Part shown: positions 44,392-51,752 of the stretch, one piece after another
Position numbering within the stretch: position 1 is the first letter of the stretch
Layout of the letters: every line of letters begins with the position of its first letter
DNA from: a virus
Taxonomy: Duplodnaviria > Caudoviricetes
Direction: 5' to 3' (one strand)
DNA: 64,000 nucleotides
Virus record (IMG/VR): IMGVR_UViG_2643221933_000001
Span: 1 to 64,000 of that record
Notes under the pieces: generated by a model
The model's database searches: none
The model's input: only the letters and a program-made list of their open reading frames with translations
Told to the model about the DNA's origin: nothing
Made by a program: the position numbers and the translations under genes

Positions 44392-44702
44392 ACGTCGAAC
44401 CTGTCGCAAGCCACGCCGATCTCCGCGATCAGATCGGCCGAAGGAGGGGCGCACATATAGCCACCTTCACCGGTGGCGCCCATGAGCGGAATGATCGCGA
44501 ACTTCATACCCCCGCCGATACCGTCTCCAAGCTGGAGCTTGGCCGCGTTCTCTACCGGCTTCAGCAGGTTCAGGTCGATGACCTCGAACTCGTAGCCCGG
44601 GAACACGACGCTCAGGTGGTATTCGAGATAAGCGGCTTTTGCCACGACCTCATCGTTCAGCTCCCCGGGGGGCATGATCATAAACAGGGTCACGGGCTTC
44701 AT
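44364..44702 (-). CDS. Hypothetical SOS-regulated protein
   Basis: AAGGAG RBS; LexA box in its promoter. Confidence 0.7.
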   Translation of the reverse strand: MKPVTLFMIMPPGELNDEVVAKAAYLEYHLSVVFPGYEFEVIDLNLLKPVENAAKLQLGDGIGGGMKFAIIPLMGATGEGGYMCAPPSADLIAEIGVACDRFDVQNPMRYVA

Positions 44703-44726
44703 CTCGACGTTCTCCTTTGCCTCTTT

Positions 44727-44741
44727 GTTCTCATTTTGTTC
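44727..44741 (-). promoter_or_regulatory. Alphaproteobacterial LexA (SOS) box
   Basis: GTTC-TCATTTT-GTTC overlapping the -10 of a TTGACT promoter on the minus strand. Confidence 0.85.
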
Positions 44742-44803
44742 TCATTCCGATGAGAGTCAATCCCCTAAGAATGGTTTCCTACGATAGGAAAAAAGAGATC
44801 CAC

Positions 44804-45037
44804 ATGAACCAGTATCGAACACCGACCGGCGCCCTCATCATTGGAGCCACCGAGACCACACCCTGCGTGGCCAGCATCGCCGGCATCAACGCGGACGGCA
44901 CTCCCGAGTATGACGGGAACGGCTCCACCATGGACTGGGACAACCAGACCGCTCGGACCCGAGGCGACAAGATCCTCTTCGTCGACGAGAACGGCGCCGA
45001 GTGGACGTTCGACCAGCTCACACCGCTAACGGCCTGA
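44804..45037 (+). CDS. Hypothetical protein
   Basis: MNQYRTPTG..IIG..E...Y.G.....WD.Q. Confidence 0.65.
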   Translation: MNQYRTPTGALIIGATETTPCVASIAGINADGTPEYDGNGSTMDWDNQTARTRGDKILFVDENGAEWTFDQLTPLTA

Positions 45038-45050
45038 GTACACTGTAGGC
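45036..45050. promoter_or_regulatory. 15-bp operator-like site
   Basis: GAGTAC-ACT-GTAGGC. Confidence 0.5.
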
Positions 45051-45120
45051 AGCCATTTCCGATATTCCGCAGCGCACCGCCTGCGAATACCTTTTCGACA
45101 TCACCAACAAGGAACACACC

Positions 45121-45978
45121 ATGAAGAAATTCTTCCTGGCGGCAGCATTTGTGCTGCTCGCTCTGCCGGCGCATGCCCTGACGCTTTGCACCGGCGCCGC
45201 CGATCAGCCCTATGCCCAGGCCGGCGACATGATCAAGGCCGAAGCCGCCGGCAATGGCCTCGAGATCGAGGTCATCAAGGACACCGGCGGAACCTGGGGC
45301 AACATCCAGCTCTCGCTGCAGGGCAAGTGCGATGCGATCATCGCTCAGCCGGATGGTCTCGCCTACCTCAAGCGCACCGAGCCGGCGAACGCGGCCAAGT
45401 TTCTGCCGATCGCAGATCTGCACCGTGAATACCTCCATGCGCTCTGCAGCAAGAACAGCGGCGTCAGCGACGTCGGTGAGCTCGAGAACGACGCTGCGAA
45501 ATACTCGATCGCTCTCGGTGAGCGCGGCTCCGGGGCTTGGCTGATCTGGCAGAACTTCATCGCTGAAGACGACGACTATGCCGGCGTCCGGCCCACATCG
45601 GAAAGCGGCGAGGATGCTCTCTCGGCCGTCGCCAACGACCAGACCACATGCATGCTCGTGCCGGCCGCTCTCAACAACTCGGTGGTTCGCACCGCCGACG
45701 AGCTCTACGGCGACGGGCTGGCGCTGGTCGGCGTCAACGACCGGGACTTCGACGACGCTCCCGATGCCCAGGGCAAGCCGCTCTACACCTACGCTCAGAT
45801 CCCCTCCCGCACCTACAAGAACAGCCTGCAGGGTCTGTTCTCCGGGAAGGACACTCTCTCCTGGCTCGCCAAGGTCTACGTCAACACGACGAGCCTGAAC
45901 GACGCCGCCCAGCGCAAGCTTCTCATCCGCTCGGTCATGAAGACCCGGCAGACCATCGTCTCCAGCTTCGGGAGCTAA
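45121..45978 (+). CDS. Periplasmic solute-binding protein, TAXI/TRAP-like
   Basis: Signal peptide; LCTG...Y, TGGTWGNI, CD.II.Q.D, LHREYLH, GERGSGA..W. Confidence 0.8.
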   Translation: MKKFFLAAAFVLLALPAHALTLCTGAADQPYAQAGDMIKAEAAGNGLEIEVIKDTGGTWGNIQLSLQGKCDAIIAQPDGLAYLKRTEPANAAKFLPIADLHREYLHALCSKNSGVSDVGELENDAAKYSIALGERGSGAWLIWQNFIAEDDDYAGVRPTSESGEDALSAVANDQTTCMLVPAALNNSVVRTADELYGDGLALVGVNDRDFDDAPDAQGKPLYTYAQIPSRTYKNSLQGLFSGKDTLSWLAKVYVNTTSLNDAAQRKLLIRSVMKTRQTIVSSFGS

Positions 45979-45985
45979 CCACCTC

Positions 45986-46105
45986 ATGATGATCGCAGTC
46001 TTCAACAACCTGCCCGAGCTGATCCTCGGGCTCACCTGGACTGGTGTCGTCTTCTCGCTCGGCCGTCGCTTCCAGCGCTGGCAGTCCAACCGCTACTCCG
46101 TGTAG
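45986..46105 (+). CDS. Small single-TM protein, 39 aa
   Basis: Not in track; MMIAVFNNLPELILGLTWTGVVFSLGRRFQRW... Confidence 0.5.
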   Translation: MMIAVFNNLPELILGLTWTGVVFSLGRRFQRWQSNRYSV

Positions 46106-46167
46106 CCGCTGGGCTTTTGTTTCGGCTCCCCTGCAGGGGAGCCGTTTCACAAACCCAGGAGCCTCTC

Positions 46168-46644
46168 ATGAACACGTTTTTCATCAGCGACACCCACTTC
46201 GGCCACCGTGGCATCATGGAGCACTGCCGACCCCAGTTTTCGTCCGTCGAAGCGATGGACGAGTTCATGATCGACCAGTGGAACAAGATCGTCACACCGC
46301 AGGATCGGGTCTACCACCTCGGTGACTTCGCCTGGACCGTCAAGGATGCCAAGCGCGTCCGCAAGCGGCTGAACGGCACGATCCGCTTGGTCGCCGGCAA
46401 TCACGACGACATCCTTGAGCTGGCCGAGGCCAGGCTGTTCCAGCGGATCTACATGTGGCGGGTCTTCGCGGAGCAGGGGTTCATCGCAACTCATGTGCCG
46501 ATGCGCCGCGACCAGCTCCGCAACGGATGCTGGATGAATGTCCACGGACATATCCACGAACAGCCGTCGCCCGAAGCCTTCCACCGCAATGTCTGCGTCG
46601 AGCAGACGAACTACAAACCCACCCCCATGGAGGAACTGCAATGA
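46168..46644 (+). CDS. Calcineurin-like metallophosphoesterase
   Basis: SDTHFGH, LGDF, GNHD, TH.P, HGHIH. Confidence 0.9.
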   Translation: MNTFFISDTHFGHRGIMEHCRPQFSSVEAMDEFMIDQWNKIVTPQDRVYHLGDFAWTVKDAKRVRKRLNGTIRLVAGNHDDILELAEARLFQRIYMWRVFAEQGFIATHVPMRRDQLRNGCWMNVHGHIHEQPSPEAFHRNVCVEQTNYKPTPMEELQ

Positions 46645-46964
46645 CCCAGAAATTCCGTCAAGGTGATATCGTCACCGTCCGAGCGACCGTGAGCAGCGAT
46701 GACAGCTACGATCCCGATAGGGCGTACGTCCGGCCGTTCGGCAGCCACACCGACATCTTCGTCTCGCTCGACGCGACAGAGATGCTCTACCCGTTCTTCA
46801 AGGTCCGCGACCGCGTTGTCGGCAAGGAAACGGGCTTCGCTGGTGCAGTCGTCGCGACCTTCGACGACCAGTGCTGGGTTCGCTTCGACAGCGGCTCGCT
46901 CGCGACAATCCAGGCAACCGACCTGGTGCTCGAGGAGCAGAAGAACATGGAGGTCGCCGCCTGA
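46641..46964 (+). CDS. Hypothetical protein (tandem SH3/KOW-like)
   Basis: F.QGDIV and FKVRDRV repeats; ATGA overlap. Confidence 0.6.
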   Translation: MTQKFRQGDIVTVRATVSSDDSYDPDRAYVRPFGSHTDIFVSLDATEMLYPFFKVRDRVVGKETGFAGAVVATFDDQCWVRFDSGSLATIQATDLVLEEQKNMEVAA

Positions 46965-47152
46965 TGGCGAAGTTCCTCGTCACTCTCGAAGAGACCGTCC
47001 GCTACACCGTCGAGGTGGAAGCAGACAATCAGCTTGCTGCCGAGGAATTGGCTCCCGACATCTGGGCCGCATCCGAGGATCCGACCCAGGACTTTCTCGG
47101 GGAAGGGCAGGGGGTGGAGGTTTGCTTTAGCCGTCCGAGCGCCGGACGCTGA
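46964..47152 (+). CDS. Hypothetical protein
   Basis: GGAGG RBS; VEVEA.N..AAEE motif. Confidence 0.6.
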   Translation: MAKFLVTLEETVRYTVEVEADNQLAAEELAPDIWAASEDPTQDFLGEGQGVEVCFSRPSAGR

Positions 47153-47312
47153 ACTCGTAATCCCCGAGCATCACGTCATCCGTGTGGAGCCCTTCGAGCG
47201 CCACATTGAGAACCACCTGCCCCTCCCGAGCCATGTACGCCACCACGGTGTAGAGCGCCGAAGTCACTTCGGCCGGCAGATCCTCGATCGTCGTCAGAGC
47301 GGGGGGCTTCAT
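47127..47312 (-). CDS. Hypothetical protein (antisense orientation)
   Basis: GGAG RBS before [13 protein letters not shown]. Confidence 0.5.
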   Translation of the reverse strand: MKPPALTTIEDLPAEVTSALYTVVAYMAREGQVVLNVALEGLHTDDVMLGDYEFSVRRSDG

Positions 47313-47343
47313 CAAAATCATCTCCATGAACAAGGACCAATCT

Positions 47344-47601
47344 ATGTCTGAAAATGAAACCAGCGTCGAGAACGTCGCCGCGGCCGAGCTTCGTCAATTC
47401 ATCGAGCGCATCGAGCGCCTTGAGGAAGAGAAGGCTGCGATCAGCGACGACATCAAGGATGTCATGGGCGAGGCCAAGGGCCGCGGCTTTGACACCAAGG
47501 CGATCAAGACCATCATCCGGCTGCGGAAGAAGGATGCCAACGAGCGTCTCGAGGAGGAGACGATCCTCCAGACCTACATGGCCGCTTTGGGCATGGAATA
47601 A
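47344..47601 (+). CDS. gapR: GapR/DUF2312 nucleoid-associated protein
   Basis: [50 protein letters not shown]...YM.ALGM. Confidence 0.95.
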   Translation: MSENETSVENVAAAELRQFIERIERLEEEKAAISDDIKDVMGEAKGRGFDTKAIKTIIRLRKKDANERLEEETILQTYMAALGME

Positions 47602-47604
47602 CCA

Positions 47605-47808
47605 ATGGCGGATCTTGTGGCGGGGCCGTGCAGTCATTGCACGACCCCCAACCCAACCGTCTCCCGGAAGTCGGGGCGGGCGGGCCGGATCTCCCGCACC
47701 TCATGGTACCGGGAGACGGTCACCTGCACCCACTGCAAGATCAGCGTGACCGCCGGCACCCCCGGGAACGCGATCCGCTTCTGGAACCGATCCAACCACC
47801 CCGCCTAG
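47605..47808 (+). CDS. Lar-like zinc-ribbon protein (restriction alleviation family)
   Basis: PCSHC ... CTHC ... AIRFWNR pattern. Confidence 0.55.
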   Translation: MADLVAGPCSHCTTPNPTVSRKSGRAGRISRTSWYRETVTCTHCKISVTAGTPGNAIRFWNRSNHPA

Positions 47809-47820
47809 AGCGGGGTTTTT
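47798..47820 (+). terminator. Intrinsic terminator
   Basis: ACCCCGC/GCGGGGT stem plus T-tract. Confidence 0.7.
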
Positions 47821-47837
47821 CATTCAAAGGATGAACG

Positions 47838-48200
47838 ATGATCCACGACCTTGTCAGGGAAGCCCTCCGCAATGCTGCAGCAAACGGTGACCAGGAGAGG
47901 CTGCGAGCTATGAGCCTCGCTGAACAGGCGGCTGACCTCCACGAGTGTGACGCCCTCCTCGAGAAGTTCAAGTTCAAGCAGGTGTTTGACGCCTTGTGCG
48001 ACGTGCTCCTCGAGACTGAGGTCGCCTACTTCCTCAACAAGATGCAGCTCGAGCGCCGGAAGCACCGGCTGCTCGATCCTGTCCACGCTATTCGGTTCGC
48101 GCTCAGCACCGACGAGGGACTTGAGTTCCTCCGGAGCTGGAACGAGGGCGACTGGAAGATGTGCGCCTACTGCTGGCCGGAATGGAAGGTGTTCGAGTGA
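47838..48200 (+). CDS. Hypothetical protein
   Basis: AAGGA RBS; EFLRSWNEGDW......WPE. Confidence 0.65.
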   Translation: MIHDLVREALRNAAANGDQERLRAMSLAEQAADLHECDALLEKFKFKQVFDALCDVLLETEVAYFLNKMQLERRKHRLLDPVHAIRFALSTDEGLEFLRSWNEGDWKMCAYCWPEWKVFE

Positions 48201-48490
48201 ACGTCAGCCTCGAAGACCAGGCCTTGCAGCTCCGCAACCGGATCGTGGCGCTGCAAGAGCGGCTGGACAAGGTGAAAGCCAGGATCCACCGCAAGTACGT
48301 GAAAGAGAGCGGCCTCGTCGGCCGCATCGCCCGATCGGAACGCCTGCCGGAAGGCATCCAGATCGACGACGTCGTCTTCAAGACCTGGGCGCCGCGAGAG
48401 CCGCAAGCCGTGAGTGGCTACCGGCTCGACAACCCCGACGCCTACCGAACCATCCACCTCATCACACCAGGATTTCAGATCGATGAGTGA
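48197..48490 (+). CDS. Hypothetical protein
   Basis: GTGA overlap; coiled-coil N-terminus. Confidence 0.55.
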   Translation: MNVSLEDQALQLRNRIVALQERLDKVKARIHRKYVKESGLVGRIARSERLPEGIQIDDVVFKTWAPREPQAVSGYRLDNPDAYRTIHLITPGFQIDE

Positions 48491-48683
48491 GCAATCGCTG
48501 ACCCAACGCGCCTACCAGCACAACAGCTCGGCCTTCCTGGCCGAGCTCCACACCGCCGCAGCCGCCCGCCGGATGCACAACGACCGACCCGGCGCTCTCG
48601 AGATCGAGCGGGCCATCGCTTCGGCGCCGAGCATCGAGAACGAGTGGACGATTGCAGTCGCGAGGAGGTTCTTGGTCGAGTGA
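48483..48683 (+). CDS. Hypothetical protein
   Basis: MSEQSLTQRAY; overlap coupling. Confidence 0.55.
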   Translation: MSEQSLTQRAYQHNSSAFLAELHTAAAARRMHNDRPGALEIERAIASAPSIENEWTIAVARRFLVE

Positions 48684-48862
48684 TCTTCGTCATCGCCCCC
48701 GGCACCAAAGAGCTAGTCCCGCTCGGTGACCTGTTTCGAATGAAGCTCCCGCTCCGTTACGGGTGGGATGGCTGGATCCACAAGGACAAGACCAGCGGGC
48801 GTCTCCGACGCTTTCCATCATACCGAAGGCTCAGAGCCTTCCTCGATCAACCCGCCCGCTGA
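48680..48862 (+). CDS. Hypothetical protein
   Basis: GAGGAGG RBS and GTG start; terminator at 48849-48874. Confidence 0.5.
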   Translation: MIFVIAPGTKELVPLGDLFRMKLPLRYGWDGWIHKDKTSGRLRRFPSYRRLRAFLDQPAR

Positions 48863-48894
48863 GGCGGGTTTTTTGTAAGCGGAGGACAACCTAT

Positions 48895-49617
48895 ATGTTC
48901 TACAGCCTCACCAAAATCAGCCGAAACGTCAAACTCGGCCCCATGCCAGCATCAACCTCCGCAAGGGCGACTTGCCCCTCATCATGCCCTTTGAAAGGGA
49001 AGGGCGGATGCTATGCCGAGTATGGGCCCATGTCGATCTTCTGGGGGAAGGTCGATAGGGGAGAGGTGGGAGGTAACTTCGACACTTTCGTCAAGGAAGT
49101 GGAACAGTTGCCGCGGCGACAGATGTGGCGCTATGCTCAAGCGGGAGATCTCCCGGGTGAGGGTGACTCGATCGACAGAGAACAAATGACCAGACTCGCC
49201 AAGGCCAACCGGGGTCGGCCTGTAATTGCATTCACACATAAGCCTGCGACGGTCGAAAACATCGAGACACTGAGGCAAGCGAGAGACCTAGGCTTTTCAG
49301 TCAACCTTTCTGCTAATAATGTCGGTCATGCGGACGAGTTGGTGAAACACGGCTTGAATGTTGTCGTTGTCTTGCCCACGGAATACGCACGGGAGAAAGA
49401 AGAGACCAACACCGAGTATCGGGCACGTCTCAACAGCCTTCCAAAACATACGCCGGACGGAAATCGAATTGCTGTTTGTCCGGCAACGTACACTGAAACG
49501 AATTGCTTGCAGTGTGGGGCCTGCGCCAAGAGTGGGGATCGGAGTGCCATCATCGGCTTCCCGGCCCACGGAACTAAGAAAAAGCAGGTCTCTCAGATGG
49601 CGACGGCCTCTGGATGA
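48895..49617 (+). CDS. Cys-rich protein (gp88/DUF7227-like, possibly metal-binding)
   Basis: TCPSSCP...CYA, R...AGD, FTH, NLSA, CPA....NC..C..C, IIGFPAHG. Confidence 0.7.
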   Translation: MFYSLTKISRNVKLGPMPASTSARATCPSSCPLKGKGGCYAEYGPMSIFWGKVDRGEVGGNFDTFVKEVEQLPRRQMWRYAQAGDLPGEGDSIDREQMTRLAKANRGRPVIAFTHKPATVENIETLRQARDLGFSVNLSANNVGHADELVKHGLNVVVVLPTEYAREKEETNTEYRARLNSLPKHTPDGNRIAVCPATYTETNCLQCGACAKSGDRSAIIGFPAHGTKKKQVSQMATASG

Positions 49618-49639
49618 GACGCTGGAAGGAACGCAATAG

Positions 49640-49867
49640 ATGATGACAACCGTGACGATACCCCATGATTTAGCTACTGCCATTATTGATGTTGTCAATG
49701 AACTCGCGAGCGAGCTCGATCTGCATTACGAGGACGACGACCTGGTCGCCTGTGCTCCAACGATCGAGAAAATGGAGCGGCTCGTAGCCATGCTGAGACA
49801 GGCCGGCTATGAGTGCCCAGAGACATATCAACACATAGTTGAGCGGTATCATCTTAGCCTCAACTAG
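49640..49867 (+). CDS. Hypothetical protein
   Basis: AAGGA RBS; 75 aa. Confidence 0.55.
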   Translation: MMTTVTIPHDLATAIIDVVNELASELDLHYEDDDLVACAPTIEKMERLVAMLRQAGYECPETYQHIVERYHLSLN

Positions 49868-50177
49868 GATGATATTCTTATTCAACTTGTGTGATCACAT
49901 TCGTGTTGGATCCACAATCTCCCCTATTGTGCAAATCGATCGGGACATGTAGAACGCGCCGAACCCCCAAAATCGACTAGGAAACGCCCCTTTTCCCACC
50001 CGCTTCACCCACCCTTAGAGCGGCGCTGTGGAACTGTGGTCTGGACTCGTCTGCCATTTTAACCCGTGGCACCTCTTGCCACTAACCCCGAGTTAGGATT
50101 ATCCTCCTACCAAGAAATGAGGCACTTACCGTCAACTATCTGACTGCTTCATGTAGGGGCAGCTAAAAGAGACCGCG

Positions 50178-50618
50178 ATGACCACTACCCCAACCTGGCA
50201 TGCCACAGCTTTGAATGATCTCGAGAACAGCGGCCTGTCCGTTGCGGAGATTGCTGCGAAATATAAACGCTCTGTCGTCACAATCCGCAAGCTGTATCAG
50301 CGTAGCGGCGTGGTTCGGCTCAACAAGCCGAAGACAAAGGGACCGACTAAGCGTGATAACCGGTTGCCGATCTCCCGGGAACACCACGCGATCGGCATCC
50401 GCCTCAACATGGCCCGGGCCGGCCGTGGGGTGAAGGAGTTTGCAGACACGCTCGGCGTGAGCCATGTCGCTCTGGCCCAGATGGAAGTCGGGCAGTATGA
50501 CTTCCGGCTCAGCCACCTCATGGCGATTGCCAAGGCCACCAATCTTCCGATCGACGCACTGATGCAGTCGTTCGAAAGCAATCTCTACAAAAACGGGAGG
50601 ACGAATGCACGTCATTAA
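50178..50618 (+). CDS. Transcriptional regulator with two HTH motifs (C-terminal XRE-type)
   Basis: GLSVAEIAAKYKRS and EFADTLGVSHVALAQMEVG. Confidence 0.82.
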   Translation: MTTTPTWHATALNDLENSGLSVAEIAAKYKRSVVTIRKLYQRSGVVRLNKPKTKGPTKRDNRLPISREHHAIGIRLNMARAGRGVKEFADTLGVSHVALAQMEVGQYDFRLSHLMAIAKATNLPIDALMQSFESNLYKNGRTNARH

Positions 50619-50820
50619 GAGCCACGAGCAATACTTCAAGACGGTGAGTGACTACAACAGGGCTCCGGGGTGGCAGAAGGACATGCTTCTCCGCGGAACA
50701 CTGCTCAGCAAGTGCAATGAGATTGAGCCGGTGAGCGTACGCCACCGGCTTCGGCGTTTCTGGGTCCAAGAGGCTGCAAAAAGGGACAAGACCCTGCAGA
50801 CATTGCAAACCTGGAAGTAG
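50605..50820 (+). CDS. Hypothetical protein
   Basis: GGAGG RBS; 71 aa. Confidence 0.55.
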   Translation: MHVIKSHEQYFKTVSDYNRAPGWQKDMLLRGTLLSKCNEIEPVSVRHRLRRFWVQEAAKRDKTLQTLQTWK

Positions 50821-50828
50821 TTTCCCAT

Positions 50829-51017
50829 ATGGAACTCATGACCACGGAACGCCAAACTCTCACCGCCAAACGCGACAAACTTCTCAGCGAGTTCAACTCG
50901 AAAGCAAGCTGGGATCCAGAGCGCTACGATGAGGTCGTCAGCCTCGACAAAAGCATCTCGGGAATGCCCGACGATGAACCAGAACTGGAGCTCAAGCCTC
51001 CGAGGAAAACCCGGTAG
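50829..51017 (+). CDS. Hypothetical protein
   Basis: 62 aa followed by a strong terminator. Confidence 0.55.
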   Translation: MELMTTERQTLTAKRDKLLSEFNSKASWDPERYDEVVSLDKSISGMPDDEPELELKPPRKTR

Positions 51018-51037
51018 ATCTGCTACCGGGTTTTTTT
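51006..51037 (+). terminator. Intrinsic terminator
   Basis: AAAACCCGGTAG/CTACCGGGTTTT stem plus T-tract. Confidence 0.8.
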
Positions 51038-51171
51038 GTGCCTACAGGACAGCGCAGCGGGCGGTCGCTCGTAACACCCGCAGCCAGGGGTGGGGTCTCC
51101 TTTCATCCACTGACCTGGCCGTCTAGCTCGGACGTTAAACGAGCTTTCTCTCCAACAGCAAGGATACGACG

Positions 51172-51489
51172 ATGAGGATACTCTTTGAGGTTCTCGAGCG
51201 AGATCGCTTTGAGATCTACGACCCCTGTGTGCCCGCTGCGGCCGAGCCGGCGAAGATCCTGAAGGAGGCAGACGGCTTCGACACCGTCCGCATCTTGCTC
51301 TTCGACCCTGCAACGGTCCAGATCTCGGACATCACGGCCGAGCTGGCCAGCGAATACCAGGGCAGTTACGACGACAAGGCGCCGTTGTGGATCAAGCTTC
51401 TGCCTGATTTCGACGACCTGGCTTCCGAGGAGCGGCGTGAGGCTCGCGAGTGGGCTGCTCATGTTCGCTCTCTTCGAAATGCGGCCTGA
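51172..51489 (+). CDS. Hypothetical protein
   Basis: AAGGA RBS; 105 aa. Confidence 0.65.
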   Translation: MRILFEVLERDRFEIYDPCVPAAAEPAKILKEADGFDTVRILLFDPATVQISDITAELASEYQGSYDDKAPLWIKLLPDFDDLASEERREAREWAAHVRSLRNAA

Positions 51490-51739
51490 CAATCGCCCGG
51501 GGGCGTTTCAAATACATCCCCGGGTTCACCTTCCCATGCTCGTCGGTCAACGCTTTGACCAGCCGCTGCGGAAGATAGCCGAGCTCATCGAGCCGGCGCA
51601 CCAGGCTGACAAGTTCGGGGACCAAGGTCACGGCTTCGTCGAACTTCTCCTGGGCTTTTTTCTCCTCATCGCGCTGCAAGACTTCAAGCTTCATGGCTTC
51701 GAGCTCTGCGATCTTTGCTTCAATCTCATTCAAATTCAC
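51392..51739 (-). CDS. Hypothetical coiled-coil protein (antisense orientation)
   Basis: AGGAG RBS and GTG start; fills the otherwise empty 51490-51750 gap. Confidence 0.6.
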   Translation of the reverse strand: MNLNEIEAKIAELEAMKLEVLQRDEEKKAQEKFDEAVTLVPELVSLVRRLDELGYLPQRLVKALTDEHGKVNPGMYLKRPRAIVRPHFEESEHEQPTREPHAAPRKPGRRNQAEA

Positions 51740-51752
51740 GGGCGGGTCTCCT

